A stretch of 63,222 bases of DNA, the filler included, from Octopus bimaculoides (taxonomy: Eukaryota): the NCBI RefSeq assembly GCF_001194135.2. It is 3 parts of 3 records of this genome, joined end to end, with 100 filler letters (N's around TTAATTAATTAA, not from the genome) between each part and the next. Parts side by side here need not be neighbours in the genome. Positions count along the whole stretch, not along the records: positions 55,797 to 63,222 come from NC_068985.1; 2 more parts are not named here. One strand, written 5' to 3'. The notes below the pieces were generated by a model. The model made no database searches. It was not told the DNA's origin and saw only the letters and a program-made list of their open reading frames with translations. A program made the position numbers and the translations under genes. Below are positions 61,736 to 63,222 of this stretch, one piece after another (the first letter of the stretch is position 1; every line of letters starts with the position of its first letter).

Positions 61736-62044
61736 TCATCATCATTATTATTGTTGCTGGCCTTTTAAACCAATATTTTATAGTCGATGTTATATGCTGT
61801 TTCAAAATTATTTGTTATAAATTTGTCCTTGGAACAGCTGTAAAGCTTGAAATGAATGTGATATTAGAAAATCCATTGTTCGCTTGTTATTTTATACTCC
61901 GTGACTGAATGTAATTTCCGGGATTTTCAGTTTGTCTGAAACATTCTTCAACTGAAGAGTGGTTCATTCCTATACAATTTCATTGACAGTGTTCGCTGTA
62001 CAACTAAGATAACGAAGCGGATTGCTGTATGTGTGTGTGCATGC

Positions 62045-62095
<51 letters not shown>

Positions 62096-62365
62096 TACAA
62101 GTATTGAGTAAATTTTAAAAAGATGTTTTTTTTAATAAAAATGACGCACATACACACATGCACATGTTTGCACACATACGAACTCGTAAACAGGTAAACA
62201 GACATGCAGATACAGAGATACACAGTTTTTTTTTCTTGAATCCATATACGAAGCTGGAGCGTGATGATATGTGTAAATATATATACTCACGAAACATTCA
62301 GATTTTGAGTTATTCTGTTACTTTAACTCATATTTTGAGCTCTACTTCTGTTTACATCAACATAA

Positions 62366-62411
<46 letters not shown>

Positions 62412-62444
62412 GTCTATCTGTCTGTCTGTCTGTTTGTCTATCTA

Positions 62445-62490
<46 letters not shown>

Positions 62491-62502
62491 CACACACAGA
62501 TA

Positions 62503-62572
<70 letters not shown>

Positions 62573-62665
62573 AACAAAGAGTTATTAATCAGGTATTATC
62601 AATCCGGGCAAAATACTATATAAGCTTTCTGTTAATACACAAGGCAAGATATAAATATATTGAAT

Positions 62666-62930
62666 TAAGTTTGACTTACAAATGTTTCCGATTATCATTG
62701 TAGGTTTGCTCATTGATTGGTTTACTCAATCGGTTCATTGATTGATTGAGAAAAATTGAATTTTCTCAAGAGAATTAATGCTATCCTCATCAGTCATGGC
62801 TGTCTGGTTACCAGAATACCATACTTCTAATGAGTCTCAGTTTTTCTCAACCAATCAATGGACCAATTGAGTAAACCAGTCGCTGGACGAACCTATAATA
62901 ACTATTGAAACCTGACGTAAGTCAAATTTA
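62666..62930. repeat. ~265-bp imperfect palindrome
   Basis: TAAGTTTGACTTAC..GGTTTACTCAAT..TTGATTGAGAAAAA vs TTTTTCTCAACCAA..ATTGAGTAAACC..GTAAGTCAAATTTA. Confidence 0.8.
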
Positions 62931-63186
62931 CTACAGCAAAACAATATGTAATGATCACTGTTTATACATTGTCTTATATATATACGAGGCGTAGCTGTGT
63001 GGAAAACAGCGTGCATCTCAATCATTTGGTTCGGGGTTCAGTCCCACTGTGTGGCATTTTGGGCAGGTGTCTTCTAATATAGCCTCGGGCCGACCAAAGC
63101 CTTGTGAGTGAATCTGGTATACTGAAAAAAGTCTATCGTATCTATCTATCTCTCTCACTCTCTCTTTCACATACTCTCTCTCACTT

Positions 63187-63222
<36 letters not shown>

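Noticed and set aside
2258-63135. Minus-strand bias of the dominant SINE (~12 minus vs ~5 plus)
   Set aside because: Too few copies to distinguish from chance

Overview
AT-rich, microsatellite-dense, gapped eukaryotic draft DNA. The SINE/MITE repertoire and (TA)/(CA)/(TATG) density suggest a cephalopod, probably Octopus (inference from recalled repeat families; not database-checked). No host protein-coding gene, CRISPR array or intact tRNA can be supported; nearly all ORF-track entries are translated microsatellites or N-gaps. The window contains several tRNA-derived SINE families, decayed Tc1/mariner elements (DD34D and DD37D/maT) and MITEs, hAT- and piggyBac-type MITEs, Helentron-like fragments, an RTE-like LINE remnant, and a decayed Penelope-like element (RT + GIY-YIG) with an inverted 3' copy. 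Two observations stand out. (1) About 11 near-complete and several decayed minimal type I hammerhead ribozyme motifs occur in at least 6 unrelated sequence families, as 357-nt and 313-nt tandem units (retrozyme/pLTR-like) and as back-to-back palindromic pairs. (2) A 122-bp 28S rRNA fragment including the P-loop sits in frame inside a mariner transposase remnant, with a snap-back hairpin at one junction and microhomology at the other. All structures were folded by eye; no activity is demonstrated, and SINE boundaries are approximate.
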